Below the pieces are notes generated by a model that was not told where the DNA came from, searched no databases, and saw only the letters and a program-made list of their open reading frames with translations. A stretch of 58,829 bases of DNA, taken from positions 1-58,829 of IMG/VR virus record IMGVR_UViG_3300037247_000927; one strand, 5' to 3'. The translations under genes and the position numbers were made by a program. This document shows, piece after piece, positions 1-8,456 of the stretch (position 1 is its first letter; every line of letters begins with the position of its first letter). This DNA comes from a virus. Lineage: Duplodnaviria > Caudoviricetes.

Positions 1-127
1 TTCAGACCGTCAGCAATCCCATCAAATGACTTGTCCTTACCTTGACCGCCTATCGGGTAGAAGTGGCACGGCACAGTTGTTTCTGTGCGGTTCTTGCATA
101 CTCCGCCGATCTGTAAGGTACAGTTTT
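1..127. repeat. 127-bp terminal direct repeat (assembly overlap; circular or circularly permuted genome)
   Basis: 1-127 is identical to 58703-58829; an ORF reads in frame across the join; 127 is a common assembler k-mer length. Confidence 0.95.
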
Positions 128-167
128 GGCCGCGTGCTGATTTGGTTATGGCGTTTTGTGCGCTCAT
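1..167 (-). CDS. 5' part of a DUF1364/YbcO-like Zn-binding protein (continues across the join to 58561)
   Basis: ATG at 167 overlaps the upstream stop (ATGA); MSAQNAITKSARGQNCTLQIGGVCKNRTETTVPCH...AYGCYECHTYID matches the KSARG-C-x7-C...H...CxxCH pattern. Confidence 0.75.
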   Translation of the reverse strand, partial: MSAQNAITKSARGQNCTLQIGGVCKNRTETTVPCHFYPIGGQGKDKSFDGIADGL

Positions 168-391
168 GTTTTTTGAATAAATTCCTGTCGTATTTTTTCC
201 CACCGAGCGATCAGGATTTGAATACGCTTGTTTGCCCTTCTCATCACAGCTACAGTGAATGTATCTCTGATGCTCCTGTAGAAACAGGCATTAAGCTTTT
301 CGGTTTTATTGTCTCCGTCATGTGGCGGCAGGCCATGATACTTTTTCAGTTCTCTGACGCAATTTTTAATAATCTGATTATGACTCTGCAT
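164..391 (-). CDS. Hypothetical protein
   Basis: Tightly packed in the leftward operon; probable start MQSHNQ. Confidence 0.5.
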   Translation of the reverse strand: MQSHNQIIKNCVRELKKYHGLPPHDGDNKTEKLNACFYRSIRDTFTVAVMRRANKRIQILIARWEKIRQEFIQKT

Positions 392-680
392 CGGTGCTTT
401 CCTTTGGCATTTCATCTACCATTGTTTCCATTATTAAATCCAGTCCTTTTTCTTTAGAAAAGCCACCATCACGCACAGCTAACAATTCTGCTCTTATTTG
501 GTGGATCAGATTGCCCAAATGTTCATTTTCATTTTCTAAACCCTCAATTATTTCGGGCGTATCATCACTCATAAATCCGTGACAATCGTTGATCCAATAC
601 TCACGGCGAGGGTGCGGGCATTTGTGATCCTTGTGGTAAGCCTCACAAAATTCGCACCAGACTGAGATTAGGCCAGCCAT
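378..680 (-). CDS. Hypothetical protein with N-terminal Cys/His cluster
   Basis: WCEFCEAYHKDHKC; start overlaps the upstream stop. Confidence 0.6.
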   Translation of the reverse strand: MAGLISVWCEFCEAYHKDHKCPHPRREYWINDCHGFMSDDTPEIIEGLENENEHLGNLIHQIRAELLAVRDGGFSKEKGLDLIMETMVDEMPKESTDAES

Positions 681-1327
681 TATTTATGGCCACTTATCTT
701 GCCGCCACACTCATAGCAGAAATTCGGAAACTCTGTTCCGCGCTCATGCATGACTTCATAGCCGCATTCTGATCGCGCTGTCTCGGTATCCACCTGGGTC
801 CAACCACACATTTTTATATTTTGTTCCGCAGTCTCGATCAGGCGATCATTAAAAGTCTGATGAGGTTCAGCATCTACAGACAACTTCATTGCAACAAAAT
901 CAATGAGTGCCACTGAATCAGCAAGCATGTCTTGCGCCTGCTTTAGACCATCAGGTAGAAAAAGCCTGATTCGCTGAAATGATGTTGGAAGCATGCAAAT
1001 ATTCCCGCCTCCGGGGCCAGTGGATTCCCATGAAATCTCAATACCCTCACGGCCCTGAACTCCACAAGGCAGCTTAACGCTAAGCCTGATACCCTCATGC
1101 TCTACATAGATAAATCTTGCCTGAAAATACCGCTTGAAATATCTATCTTCAATTGCATTCTCAATACCACGAAACTCTTCCGTATAAAAAGGTGATTCTT
1201 TCTGATCATCCATTGCGATATAAAGAATCTTATTTGCTTCGTCGCGCTCTCTTTCCAATTTAGTCACATAGACTTGCGCCCATTTTGGTAGCTTCGAAAT
1301 CTGTTCAGATGTTGGTTGATCTTTCAT
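680..1327 (-). CDS. Hypothetical protein with C-terminal Zn ribbon
   Basis: SECG...NFCYECGGKI; GAGG RBS. Confidence 0.7.
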   Translation of the reverse strand: MKDQPTSEQISKLPKWAQVYVTKLERERDEANKILYIAMDDQKESPFYTEEFRGIENAIEDRYFKRYFQARFIYVEHEGIRLSVKLPCGVQGREGIEISWESTGPGGGNICMLPTSFQRIRLFLPDGLKQAQDMLADSVALIDFVAMKLSVDAEPHQTFNDRLIETAEQNIKMCGWTQVDTETARSECGYEVMHERGTEFPNFCYECGGKISGHK

Positions 1328-1354
1328 TATTTATCCTCAATTAAGAACTCATAT

Positions 1355-1461
1355 GCTGCTGCCTGGGACTGTACTGTTTCCCATCCTTCCGCACACTGCC
1401 TTTGGGGGACCGATGTGGTCATCGGCGGCTAAGCAGGGCATTGGCAGGGCCAAACAGCAGC
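1355..1461 (-). ncRNA. Candidate structured RNA element (multibranch)
   Basis: Intergenic; 12-bp closing stem GCUGCUGUUUGG/CCAGGCAGCAGC with G-U pairs on the minus strand; internal hairpin CCGAUG-ACCA-CAUCGG. Confidence 0.45.
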
Positions 1462-1470
1462 TATCAATTC

Positions 1471-1554
1471 TCAATTACCTCTATGTTTATAAAAATCGGA
1501 GAGAGACAGAACCCTCCGACATTTAATACAGCATTGCGTTACTTGGTTATTCAT
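1471..1554 (-). pseudogene. 27-aa remnant resembling the Zn-ribbon N-terminus of endonuclease VII/HNH-type proteins; contains a terminator-like hairpin
   Basis: MNNQVTQCCIKCRRVLSLSDFYKHRGN*; TCGGAGGG...CTCTCCGA followed by TTTTT. Confidence 0.35.
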
Positions 1555-1590
1555 GCTTTAATATCTCTGCCTTGCATGTAAGTCGTTGAA

Positions 1591-2223
1591 TTAAAAAGGT
1601 ATATCGTCGATGAAATCATCCACAAACTCACTATTGTCACCAGACTGTGCAGGCACAGACGCAGATGCTTCAGCACCAATTGCGCCCCATTCCTGACACT
1701 GCTGAATCTTTTCCTTGATCTTATCAGGAAGGCGATTGAACATGACCTGATCAAAGGCATCAAGGCTGAACAGCAATGGGTTCTCGATAGCCGGAAATGT
1801 TTCGCTTTGTTTCATGGCTGGCGGGAGCGGGACAATCGTTTCAATGTTGGCATATGTGCTGTTCCCAGACGTGTTATGAACTACGTTCAAGTAAGCCTTC
1901 CGAGTTAGCAGCTTACTGAGATCGAATGCAGCAGCGTCTTCGTTACTGTCAAACCTTTTCCCGAACCAGCTCTCTATGGCCTTGCGAAGATAAGAGCCTT
2001 CAAACATTGAGAATGTATAGTTGCTGAACATTTCAAAATGCTTTCCTTCGCTATCCAGGGTTGAGAGATTAAAAATCAAAGTGATCTTGCGGGAAAACTT
2101 TTGAGACTTCTCGTTGAAGTGGCTACCACGATCAAACATGCCAGAACATTGTGCTGGGTGCATACCAGGTTCTACCCTCTCAAAATCTCCACCTTCGCTT
2201 GGTGGTGCTGTAAATGCGTTCAT
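1591..2223 (-). CDS. Phage ssDNA-binding-like protein (NGO0469-like family)
   Basis: EGGDFERVEPGMHPAQC N-terminus; acidic tail ending DDIPF; next to a nuclease gene. Confidence 0.75.
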   Translation of the reverse strand: MNAFTAPPSEGGDFERVEPGMHPAQCSGMFDRGSHFNEKSQKFSRKITLIFNLSTLDSEGKHFEMFSNYTFSMFEGSYLRKAIESWFGKRFDSNEDAAAFDLSKLLTRKAYLNVVHNTSGNSTYANIETIVPLPPAMKQSETFPAIENPLLFSLDAFDQVMFNRLPDKIKEKIQQCQEWGAIGAEASASVPAQSGDNSEFVDDFIDDIPF

Positions 2224-2233
2224 TGACTTCTCC

Positions 2234-2551
2234 TTAAACTAACTTCGGTGGTGTTTGAATTACGCCCGGCTGTAGGCGTTCTTTGAATGGCTTGTTGATC
2301 ATGTCAACAGTAGCCGCGAGTGCTGCCTGGAAATCTTCTACAGATTCTCCTTCGGTACTTCTGATGAAGTAATCTACCAGAGAATCCCTTGCTGAAGGAA
2401 GGTCATAAAAAATCACAGCCTGTCCATTATCGGATGCTACGTTTTCCCAAAGTTCATCCTTGTCAATGAGGGTTTCTGGAATCCTTTTTTGCAGAAACCA
2501 GCCAGCAGGCTTTCCAAGCAGCCTGTATTCTTTGCTGATATTAATAATCAC
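2234..2551 (-). CDS. Hypothetical protein
   Basis: AAGGGAG RBS; abuts the nuclease gene. Confidence 0.65.
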   Translation of the reverse strand: MIINISKEYRLLGKPAGWFLQKRIPETLIDKDELWENVASDNGQAVIFYDLPSARDSLVDYFIRSTEGESVEDFQAALAATVDMINKPFKERLQPGVIQTPPKLV

Positions 2552-3523
2552 TTAACTTACTCCCTTGAGTTTTTTAAATTGTGGACAAAAATCTGCTGCA
2601 TCACAGTAAGCTTCGCAGCGCTTGTTAATTCCAGGCCGGTGATCTACAAACATTTGACTGGAGGTAGCTGCAAGCTCGTTAGCAGCCGCTTCAGGGTCAG
2701 AGCTGTTCTTGTCATCGAACACCCTGGTAGCTCGCTTATTCGTACCCTTCATGACAGCGTACTTAGAACCTGTATACCAGCGCTCTGATTCCGTACATGG
2801 CCGTGGAGTCTCAGCAGTATGCTCTCTGATCTTCTCAGCGATCAGACCGAGGGTTTTTTCCATCGGCCACAATCTTTGCGGGACCACGGCTATTGGTAGG
2901 TTGGGGTAGTTACCTTCTCCGACCTTTGATTTCATCCAGTCCCTGAGAATGGCTACGATCTGCAATGCTTCAATCTCCAAGCCATTTTGAATAGCCAGAT
3001 AAGCATTGATGTTCAGTTGGTGCAGCCAGTCATCATTGTCATTGAAGATGATTGACCAGACGGATGTGGTTTTGTAATCAGATAGCATCTTTTTGCGACC
3101 CTCAATCAGATCAACCTGGCCGCTGATAACATATTCGATTCCATCAACTGTGACAGTGCAAAAGTAGCGCTCTTCTGGGATCAGAATCTCAGGGTCAACA
3201 ACACCGGCAACAATCCGATTTGTGTTGTTGAATTTGATCGTTGCCCGTTCAATCAAAAGGTGAACTGCGGTCCCGAACATTGCCCAGATCATGTCAGAAA
3301 CATCCTGAACAATTTCATCAGCGTGCTTTATCTTCAAAGCCCTCATCTGTGGAGGCTTCAATAATTCAGTAGCGCTGAAGTCAGACTTGCCTTTCGAGTA
3401 TTCATCCATTGCAATCGCAAGCGCAATAGGTATTGGCAAGTCGTATTTGTTCGTCATTCCCCCAATCAATCTGGGATCGTCAGACTTTTTTAACTGGTTA
3501 CTTTGTGGTTGTGTCAGTGACAT
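2552..3523 (-). CDS. PD-(D/E)xK (Cas4/RecB-like) exonuclease
   Basis: SATEL...GTAVH...E...SGQVD...DYKT...QLNINAY; four C-terminal Cys (possible Fe-S cluster). Confidence 0.85.
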   Translation of the reverse strand: MSLTQPQSNQLKKSDDPRLIGGMTNKYDLPIPIALAIAMDEYSKGKSDFSATELLKPPQMRALKIKHADEIVQDVSDMIWAMFGTAVHLLIERATIKFNNTNRIVAGVVDPEILIPEERYFCTVTVDGIEYVISGQVDLIEGRKKMLSDYKTTSVWSIIFNDNDDWLHQLNINAYLAIQNGLEIEALQIVAILRDWMKSKVGEGNYPNLPIAVVPQRLWPMEKTLGLIAEKIREHTAETPRPCTESERWYTGSKYAVMKGTNKRATRVFDDKNSSDPEAAANELAATSSQMFVDHRPGINKRCEAYCDAADFCPQFKKLKGVS

Positions 3524-3781
3524 TTATTTCTCCTGCAATCCTCTTGGGATAAATTCATTCAAAGTTTCAATCAGTGATGTAGCATGTCGAGCCACACCCT
3601 GATTCCGGTAAATATTTTTGATAGAAGTGTTTGCGGTGACATTTGCGGTTTTTGCCCTGTCACAGTTTTCTTTTATAAGGTTCACAAGCACCAATATTTC
3701 TGGATTCATGCAAAGCTTTCTGAGCGCATATTCTTCTTCTTTTTTCAGCTCTATTAATCTTTCTTTTTCAGTTCGAAGCAT
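3524..3781 (-). CDS. Small helical protein resembling the gene usually found right after podoviral portal genes
   Basis: IYRNQGVARHATSLIETL (R-x-QG-x-A-R motif); probable ATG at 3781. Confidence 0.45.
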   Translation of the reverse strand: MLRTEKERLIELKKEEEYALRKLCMNPEILVLVNLIKENCDRAKTANVTANTSIKNIYRNQGVARHATSLIETLNEFIPRGLQEK

Positions 3782-3929
3782 TTTGTTTTCCAGATTTAAT
3801 TGCAGCCATGTCACGTTCGCACATGCCCATACAGTCGTGGCCCCGGTATTTCAATCTCTCGTACCAGCAGCCAAGGTTATGCCCCAGGATGTAAGTCGTC
3901 TGGATGAATTTCATGAAGGCGTTATTCAT
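3768..3929 (-). CDS. Hypothetical 53-aa protein (not in the ORF track)
   Basis: MNNAFMKFIQ...NASN*; overlaps both neighbours in operon fashion. Confidence 0.45.
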   Translation of the reverse strand: MNNAFMKFIQTTYILGHNLGCWYERLKYRGHDCMGMCERDMAAIKSGKQNASN

Positions 3930-4140
3930 CTTCAATTACATCGCAGCCAATGAAAGTGCAGACTCCAATTTCAGTTTCGTTGCAGCCATGAAGGATATTG
4001 GATGACGCTAGAATCTGATAACCATCATCCCTACTATTTATTATTTCTGGTGATGAGCAGAGCGTTGGCGCTACCTCGATAGTGGCTTGGCATCTGACGC
4101 ATTTATATAAAACTTTAGCCATCACATATGATTTTCCCAT
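3922..4140 (-). CDS. Small Zn-finger-like protein
   Basis: YKCVRC...HGC; TGATG coupling. Confidence 0.6.
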   Translation of the reverse strand: MGKSYVMAKVLYKCVRCQATIEVAPTLCSSPEIINSRDDGYQILASSNILHGCNETEIGVCTFIGCDVIEDE

Positions 4141-4691
4141 CAGGTTTTCTCCAGCAAAGCGCCATCAGCGCCTTCAACAGTTAACCCCATGAAATTTCCA
4201 CTCATAATTTGTTTAATCATCTTGTCAATATCTGGCCCTTGAAGCGTGGTAAGTAACCATCCGCCATCAGGTAGAGGATAGTGATAAGTATCATCTACGC
4301 CATACCCAAACGATGTGGATACATAATCCATGCGCATATATACAGACGACTTGCAAGAGAACTGTGAGTGAGGTATTCCAGCATGATCTGCTGCACGCGC
4401 AAGCTCTTCACAAGGGTTGTAATCAACGTCAAGCCAGGGGTTTAGATATTCTGCACCATCACGCATGCTCTTGATCCTTTCCGAGAGCAGCTTCCTGAAA
4501 ACTTCAATCCGATCATTGATATTGTTAATATCTGATTTATCTCTCAATATCCTCGTCATCGCAAGCGCATGACTCATGCCGCCATGAACTGAATCATCAC
4601 CGTTGTCAAAAACAGGTTCGAGTAATTTCCTACACCAAAGCTCTACTGCCCGATCTATAATTAAATCTGGTATTCGCTCTCGTTTAATCAT
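4140..4691 (-). CDS. Hypothetical protein
   Basis: 183-aa ORF, ATGA-coupled to the helicase gene. Confidence 0.75.
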   Translation of the reverse strand: MIKRERIPDLIIDRAVELWCRKLLEPVFDNGDDSVHGGMSHALAMTRILRDKSDINNINDRIEVFRKLLSERIKSMRDGAEYLNPWLDVDYNPCEELARAADHAGIPHSQFSCKSSVYMRMDYVSTSFGYGVDDTYHYPLPDGGWLLTTLQGPDIDKMIKQIMSGNFMGLTVEGADGALLEKT

Positions 4692-6139
4692 GTTTTTTCC
4701 AAATAGTTCAGAGTTTTCTTGGCTCTGGTGATGGCAACGTAATCAATATTGCGTTCTTCTTGCTCACGCCATGAAGCGCCTTTCTTGGAAGACTTATGCC
4801 AAGGTTTGTTTTCCATAATGAAAACATTGTCAGCCTCAAGCCCTTTGGCTCTGTGGACTGTAGACAAGTTGACGAAATCCTGACGGGCCTCACCAAACAT
4901 ACCTTCAATTTCATTGATGATCTTGTTGACGCTCTCGCCCGGCATTTCTTTCAGGAAAACCCTGATCGTGTTGGCTTTATCGCGTACATGGTCAGCACTT
5001 CTGTATTCATCCCTGTTGATGTGATGAAGGACTCTTTTCTCTTCCCATTTACCAAGCTTCTTTTCAAGCTGGTTGGCGTTGTCGGCCTCGAAGCCCCTGA
5101 TTAACTTAACCAGACCTTCGCCAATATTCCTGCCAACAATCGTTGCTGGAATCTTCATTCTTATGAGCCTGTAAGCCATCCCCAACAAAGGTGCGTTCGC
5201 CCTGGATAAAATCATATCGTTGGGGGCAAAGGTTTTCTCTGTGATGTTCTTGATGTAATTGATTTCACCTTCAATTGCCCAGGGTGCAGCTTCTATTTCA
5301 GGAACAATCACCTTTGCTCTTTCAACAATTTTCTTGGGGCAACGATATGAGATTGAAAGCGGAAGCATGTCACAGTCGAACATGTATCCGAGCTTTGACA
5401 TTGAAGCGCTTGAGGCCCCTCTCCAGCCGTAGATGGCTTGTTTTGAGTCACCCACACAGACCAAGCGGCCATTGTCAACCAGAACACGGTTCAGAAGCTC
5501 ATGCTGTGATGCGTTTAAATCCTGTGCTTCATCAACAAATATAAAATCATGTTGCGGAAACCTCATTTCATTCATCAATGGCAGGTAGATCATGTCATCG
5601 AAGTCAATCATCTTGGATTTGCTCAGTGACATTTCCAGCATCAATATGGCCAGCTCGATAAGCCTTCCGTCTTCCATGACATCTGGGGATATTTCATAAC
5701 GCTTGATCAGGTTAATAAATTCAATCGTGGGAGAGTCGGGACCAAGTAAATGAGACTTTGCAATCTGCACCAACTGCCTGATTTGCGCCTTGTCTTTGTA
5801 CTCAGCCCAGGAAATTTTACCTTCTTCTTTTGCCTGGCTGAGTAGAATTCTTTGCTTGCTGCTTTCTGTATGGAAAGGACCGCCACTCAGCAGCGCACGA
5901 TAGCCAAGGCTATGCATAGTCCGGCTCTCAAACATTGGTGGCAACCTTGCTCCAAGCTCAGTAGCAATTGACTTGTTGAAGGCAAGGAACAAAGGCCTGT
6001 GAGCTATCCCGTCGAGCCTGTTTGCAGCCTCTACAATGGACACGGTTTTTCCTGAGCCAGCCACGCTTTCAACAACTGCACTGTTTTCAGAATTTTGAAC
6101 GAAATCAAACAGATCATTTTGATATTTTGAATATTCCAT
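4688..6139 (-). CDS. UvrD/Rep-like SF1 helicase
   Basis: SVAGSGKT, VDEAQD, VGDSKQAIYGWRGA, STVHRAKGLE, YVAITRAK. Confidence 0.95.
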   Translation of the reverse strand: MEYSKYQNDLFDFVQNSENSAVVESVAGSGKTVSIVEAANRLDGIAHRPLFLAFNKSIATELGARLPPMFESRTMHSLGYRALLSGGPFHTESSKQRILLSQAKEEGKISWAEYKDKAQIRQLVQIAKSHLLGPDSPTIEFINLIKRYEISPDVMEDGRLIELAILMLEMSLSKSKMIDFDDMIYLPLMNEMRFPQHDFIFVDEAQDLNASQHELLNRVLVDNGRLVCVGDSKQAIYGWRGASSASMSKLGYMFDCDMLPLSISYRCPKKIVERAKVIVPEIEAAPWAIEGEINYIKNITEKTFAPNDMILSRANAPLLGMAYRLIRMKIPATIVGRNIGEGLVKLIRGFEADNANQLEKKLGKWEEKRVLHHINRDEYRSADHVRDKANTIRVFLKEMPGESVNKIINEIEGMFGEARQDFVNLSTVHRAKGLEADNVFIMENKPWHKSSKKGASWREQEERNIDYVAITRAKKTLNYLEKT

Positions 6140-6174
6140 AATTTACCTCTTATCCAATTTTGTTAAATCACCGC

Positions 6175-6717
6175 TCATGGTAACGTGACTCCCATTTCTG
6201 TAGCCGCCCATGCAGCAGTGCGATGTATTAAAGACTGGTACTCTTCCACATTCAGTTTCGATGTATCACCCGTATAGCGATAAATCCTGAAGTTCTTTCC
6301 ATTTGCATCTGTCTTCTTGCCGAACGCACGGTCAACAAGCGTGCTGATAATCGTAATGCAGTCAGCCCTTTCTTCTTTTGGCATTGTCGTTCTGGAGTGC
6401 TTGAGAAGCTTTTGTAGCGCCTCTCTTATGGAGTCAAGCTCACTGCTATTATGCTCTGAGTGTACGGGTAGCCACTCTTCATGCTCACCAAAGTATTCGA
6501 TCTTGGCCAGATGTCTTATCTGGTGGAAATCTATACCAGTGCTGTTGGCTATGAACCTGAGCATGCCATGCCAGTGGTTTTCCATTTCGCGTGTGCGGTT
6601 GATTTTGAATGGACTGAACTCGAACATCCATTGCTTGAGAGGATCAAGGTCCTTCAGGAAAGCAATGGCCGTGTCGATGTGATCCTGGCAGCTTGAGAAT
6701 ATTTTTTTAGTTGCCAT
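6175..6717 (-). CDS. NinB/YbcN-like recombination accessory protein
   Basis: RTREMENHWHGML...DTSKLNVEEYQSLI...WAATEMGVTLP. Confidence 0.7.
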   Translation of the reverse strand: MATKKIFSSCQDHIDTAIAFLKDLDPLKQWMFEFSPFKINRTREMENHWHGMLRFIANSTGIDFHQIRHLAKIEYFGEHEEWLPVHSEHNSSELDSIREALQKLLKHSRTTMPKEERADCITIISTLVDRAFGKKTDANGKNFRIYRYTGDTSKLNVEEYQSLIHRTAAWAATEMGVTLP

Positions 6718-7153
6718 TACTCATACCTTCAAGCAGAGATAGAACTTCAGACATGGAACAACAAATATGATCAAACATTTTCACCATTAATTCTGGTTCG
6801 CCGTTCTCTAGTAAAAGTATTGTGGTTTTGCACTGTCCTGCCGCCCAACCCATTTCCATGCTGGCTGACCTTCCAAATGGCTGAACACCAACAAACACAT
6901 CTGCCCATAACATTGCGGAATAATCATGTTTATAACCTTGCATTGCAATAGGATGATCAAGACATTCCCGATAGCGCTCAATGCTCCATTCCTGCCATGC
7001 TGGATCAATATCCGACCAGTGAAAGCCGCTGTTGCCAGGCGCTGGATTGCGGAAGTCATATACTTCATGTCCCGCATTTCTCAGCTTACTAACTACTGAT
7101 GGCTGAATACTATTCCGCCAACTGGTAGCTACATATATTTTCTTAGTTGCCAT
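6707..7153 (-). CDS. Nucleoside 2-deoxyribosyltransferase-like (flavodoxin-fold) protein
   Basis: KIYVATSWRN...GHEVYDF...WADVFV...GRSASMEMGWA with the catalytic-position Glu retained. Confidence 0.75.
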   Translation of the reverse strand: MATKKIYVATSWRNSIQPSVVSKLRNAGHEVYDFRNPAPGNSGFHWSDIDPAWQEWSIERYRECLDHPIAMQGYKHDYSAMLWADVFVGVQPFGRSASMEMGWAAGQCKTTILLLENGEPELMVKMFDHICCSMSEVLSLLEGMSNGN

Positions 7154-7156
7154 GAC

Positions 7157-7492
7157 TTATCCCTTCCACGTTGGAATTGAAACTTTCTCACTCCACCATG
7201 CAGCAACCAAGTCCCAATCCTCATCATGTTTGGCGGTTCCGACAATGGAAAATGGATTGTCCGGCCCATCATCTTCAACAGTCAGCTTCATGAGGATCAC
7301 ATAATCACCATATGCATAGATCATCCCGCCACAATCATCCATTTCACTGTCGCCCATTATCACAACCCAATAGTGGCCGTTTTCTGTTGGTGGCGAGTCT
7401 TCTACATTAATCCATTCGCCCGCACCTTTTCTCATCACCAGTCCCTTCAACCAATTGAGTATGGATTTAATTCTTGGTAAATGATTATTCAT
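7157..7492 (-). CDS. DUF551-like protein
   Basis: EWINVEDSPP...VAAWW; likely start at 7492 after GGATAAGAG. Confidence 0.55.
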   Translation of the reverse strand: MNNHLPRIKSILNWLKGLVMRKGAGEWINVEDSPPTENGHYWVVIMGDSEMDDCGGMIYAYGDYVILMKLTVEDDGPDNPFSIVGTAKHDEDWDLVAAWWSEKVSIPTWKG

Positions 7493-7587
7493 TGCTCTCT
7501 TATCCATACGGTGTAATAATGTTTGAGTACAGTCTACTCTCTCAAATGATAATTGCAAGGGGTTTCGTGCAAAAAGTTGTTTTCTTA

Positions 7588-7785
7588 ATGCGGCTATGCG
7601 ACTTGAAGAAATATTATGTTTCGAACTCAAGCGCTGCGAGGCATGCCCAGGTACACAGGAACACTCTTTATATCGGGCCTGTCATTAAAGGACAGCAGTA
7701 TCTTCGAGAGAATTTGAGCCTGAGATTCGAGAAGCTGACGAATGGCAAGCTCAAGACACATACATTTATTCACCAAAAAGATTGA
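7588..7785 (+). CDS. Cro-like HTH regulator
   Basis: MRLCDLKKYYVSNSSAARHAQVHRNTLY...FEKLTNGKLK; divergent from the leftward block; nearby inverted repeat TTTGAG...CTCAAA (7522-7546). Confidence 0.7.
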   Translation: MRLCDLKKYYVSNSSAARHAQVHRNTLYIGPVIKGQQYLRENLSLRFEKLTNGKLKTHTFIHQKD

Positions 7786-7810
7786 CATCTGAATATTCAT
7801 CAGCGAGAAT
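7782..7810 (+). promoter_or_regulatory. Sigma70-type promoter for the candidate sRNA
   Basis: TTGACA-N17-GAGAAT. Confidence 0.65.
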
Positions 7811-7816
7811 GCGCTT

Positions 7817-7934
7817 GTGCTGAAGTCCTGCCGGATGGATACACAGTTGATGGATGTCCGCAAAGCCTCTTATCCGAGTTCAGTTTGCATTCGTCAACGA
7901 AGAAGGCCCTTGAGAAATCAGGGGCTTTTCTTTT
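7817..7934 (+). ncRNA. Candidate ~118-nt antisense sRNA
   Basis: Own promoter and terminator, no credible ORF; GCUGAA/UUCAGU stem; contains GCCUCUUAUCCGAGUUCA. Confidence 0.6.
7905..7934 (+). terminator. Rho-independent terminator
   Basis: GGCCCUUGA-GAAA-UCAGGGGCU followed by a U-rich tail; the G-U pairs form only on the + strand. Confidence 0.85.
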
Positions 7935-7959
7935 GCCTGCAACTTTATTTCAAAATCAT

Positions 7960-7989
7960 TTGACAAGCGATTCTGTTTTGTGCAAGACT
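7960..7989 (+). promoter_or_regulatory. Promoter of the rightward replication operon
   Basis: TTGACA-N18-AAGACT with extended -10 TGn. Confidence 0.5.
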
Positions 7990-8060
7990 GCAATTCGGGT
8001 TGCTGCTTATCCGTTACAACCGTTCGGCGGCAACACAACATTAATGAACTCGGATGCGTT

Positions 8061-8348
8061 ATGAAGAATCTCAAAATCATACCCTCCTTCCCACCTACGG
8101 CTGGGCTACGTTCGTTATTGTTAACCGACAAGCCGTATGAAGGGTTTCTTGCACAGCGGCAGTCCAAGAGCGATCTCGCACTATCAGAACTCCCAGAAGG
8201 CATACAAATGCATCTGGCTGCTCTCTGGTGTCTGATTTTCGGCAGCGATGCAAGACGGTCTTTACGGATCGAATGCCGACAACCCACAAGCGTAAACGAT
8301 GTGAGTCCTATGTATGGCGAAGGGTTCGAGAGCAAGCTAGCTTTCTAA
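8061..8348 (+). CDS. Possible leader ORF (may be non-coding structured RNA instead)
   Basis: ATG 5 nt after the sRNA-complementary site; no recognisable motif and no clear SD. Confidence 0.3.
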   Translation: MKNLKIIPSFPPTAGLRSLLLTDKPYEGFLAQRQSKSDLALSELPEGIQMHLAALWCLIFGSDARRSLRIECRQPTSVNDVSPMYGEGFESKLAF

Positions 8349-8456
8349 TTTTCTGTACTTCAGGTAATAGCTAGGACTTCTGATTGTCAGGAGCTTAGGT
8401 GAACTTTGCCTGATGACTCTGCTATTCAAGAGCAACCCTCTCTGGACCGCAGGGAC

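Noticed and set aside
1-127. Biological terminal repeat
   Set aside because: Length equals a common assembler k-mer and the repeat falls in the middle of a gene, so it is best read as a circularisation overlap
2552-3523. CRISPR-Cas component
   Set aside because: A solo Cas4-like nuclease beside an SSB-like gene is an ordinary phage recombination module; I saw no repeat-spacer array or other cas genes
7627-7863. Minus-strand 78-aa ORF using the GGATAAGAGG at 7866 as its RBS
   Set aside because: The TTG is only 2 nt from the motif and the ORF is antisense to the Cro-like gene
8410-8436. Hammerhead ribozyme core (CUGAUGA plus CUCU/AGAG stem)
   Set aside because: The stem is followed by CAAC, not the required GAAA
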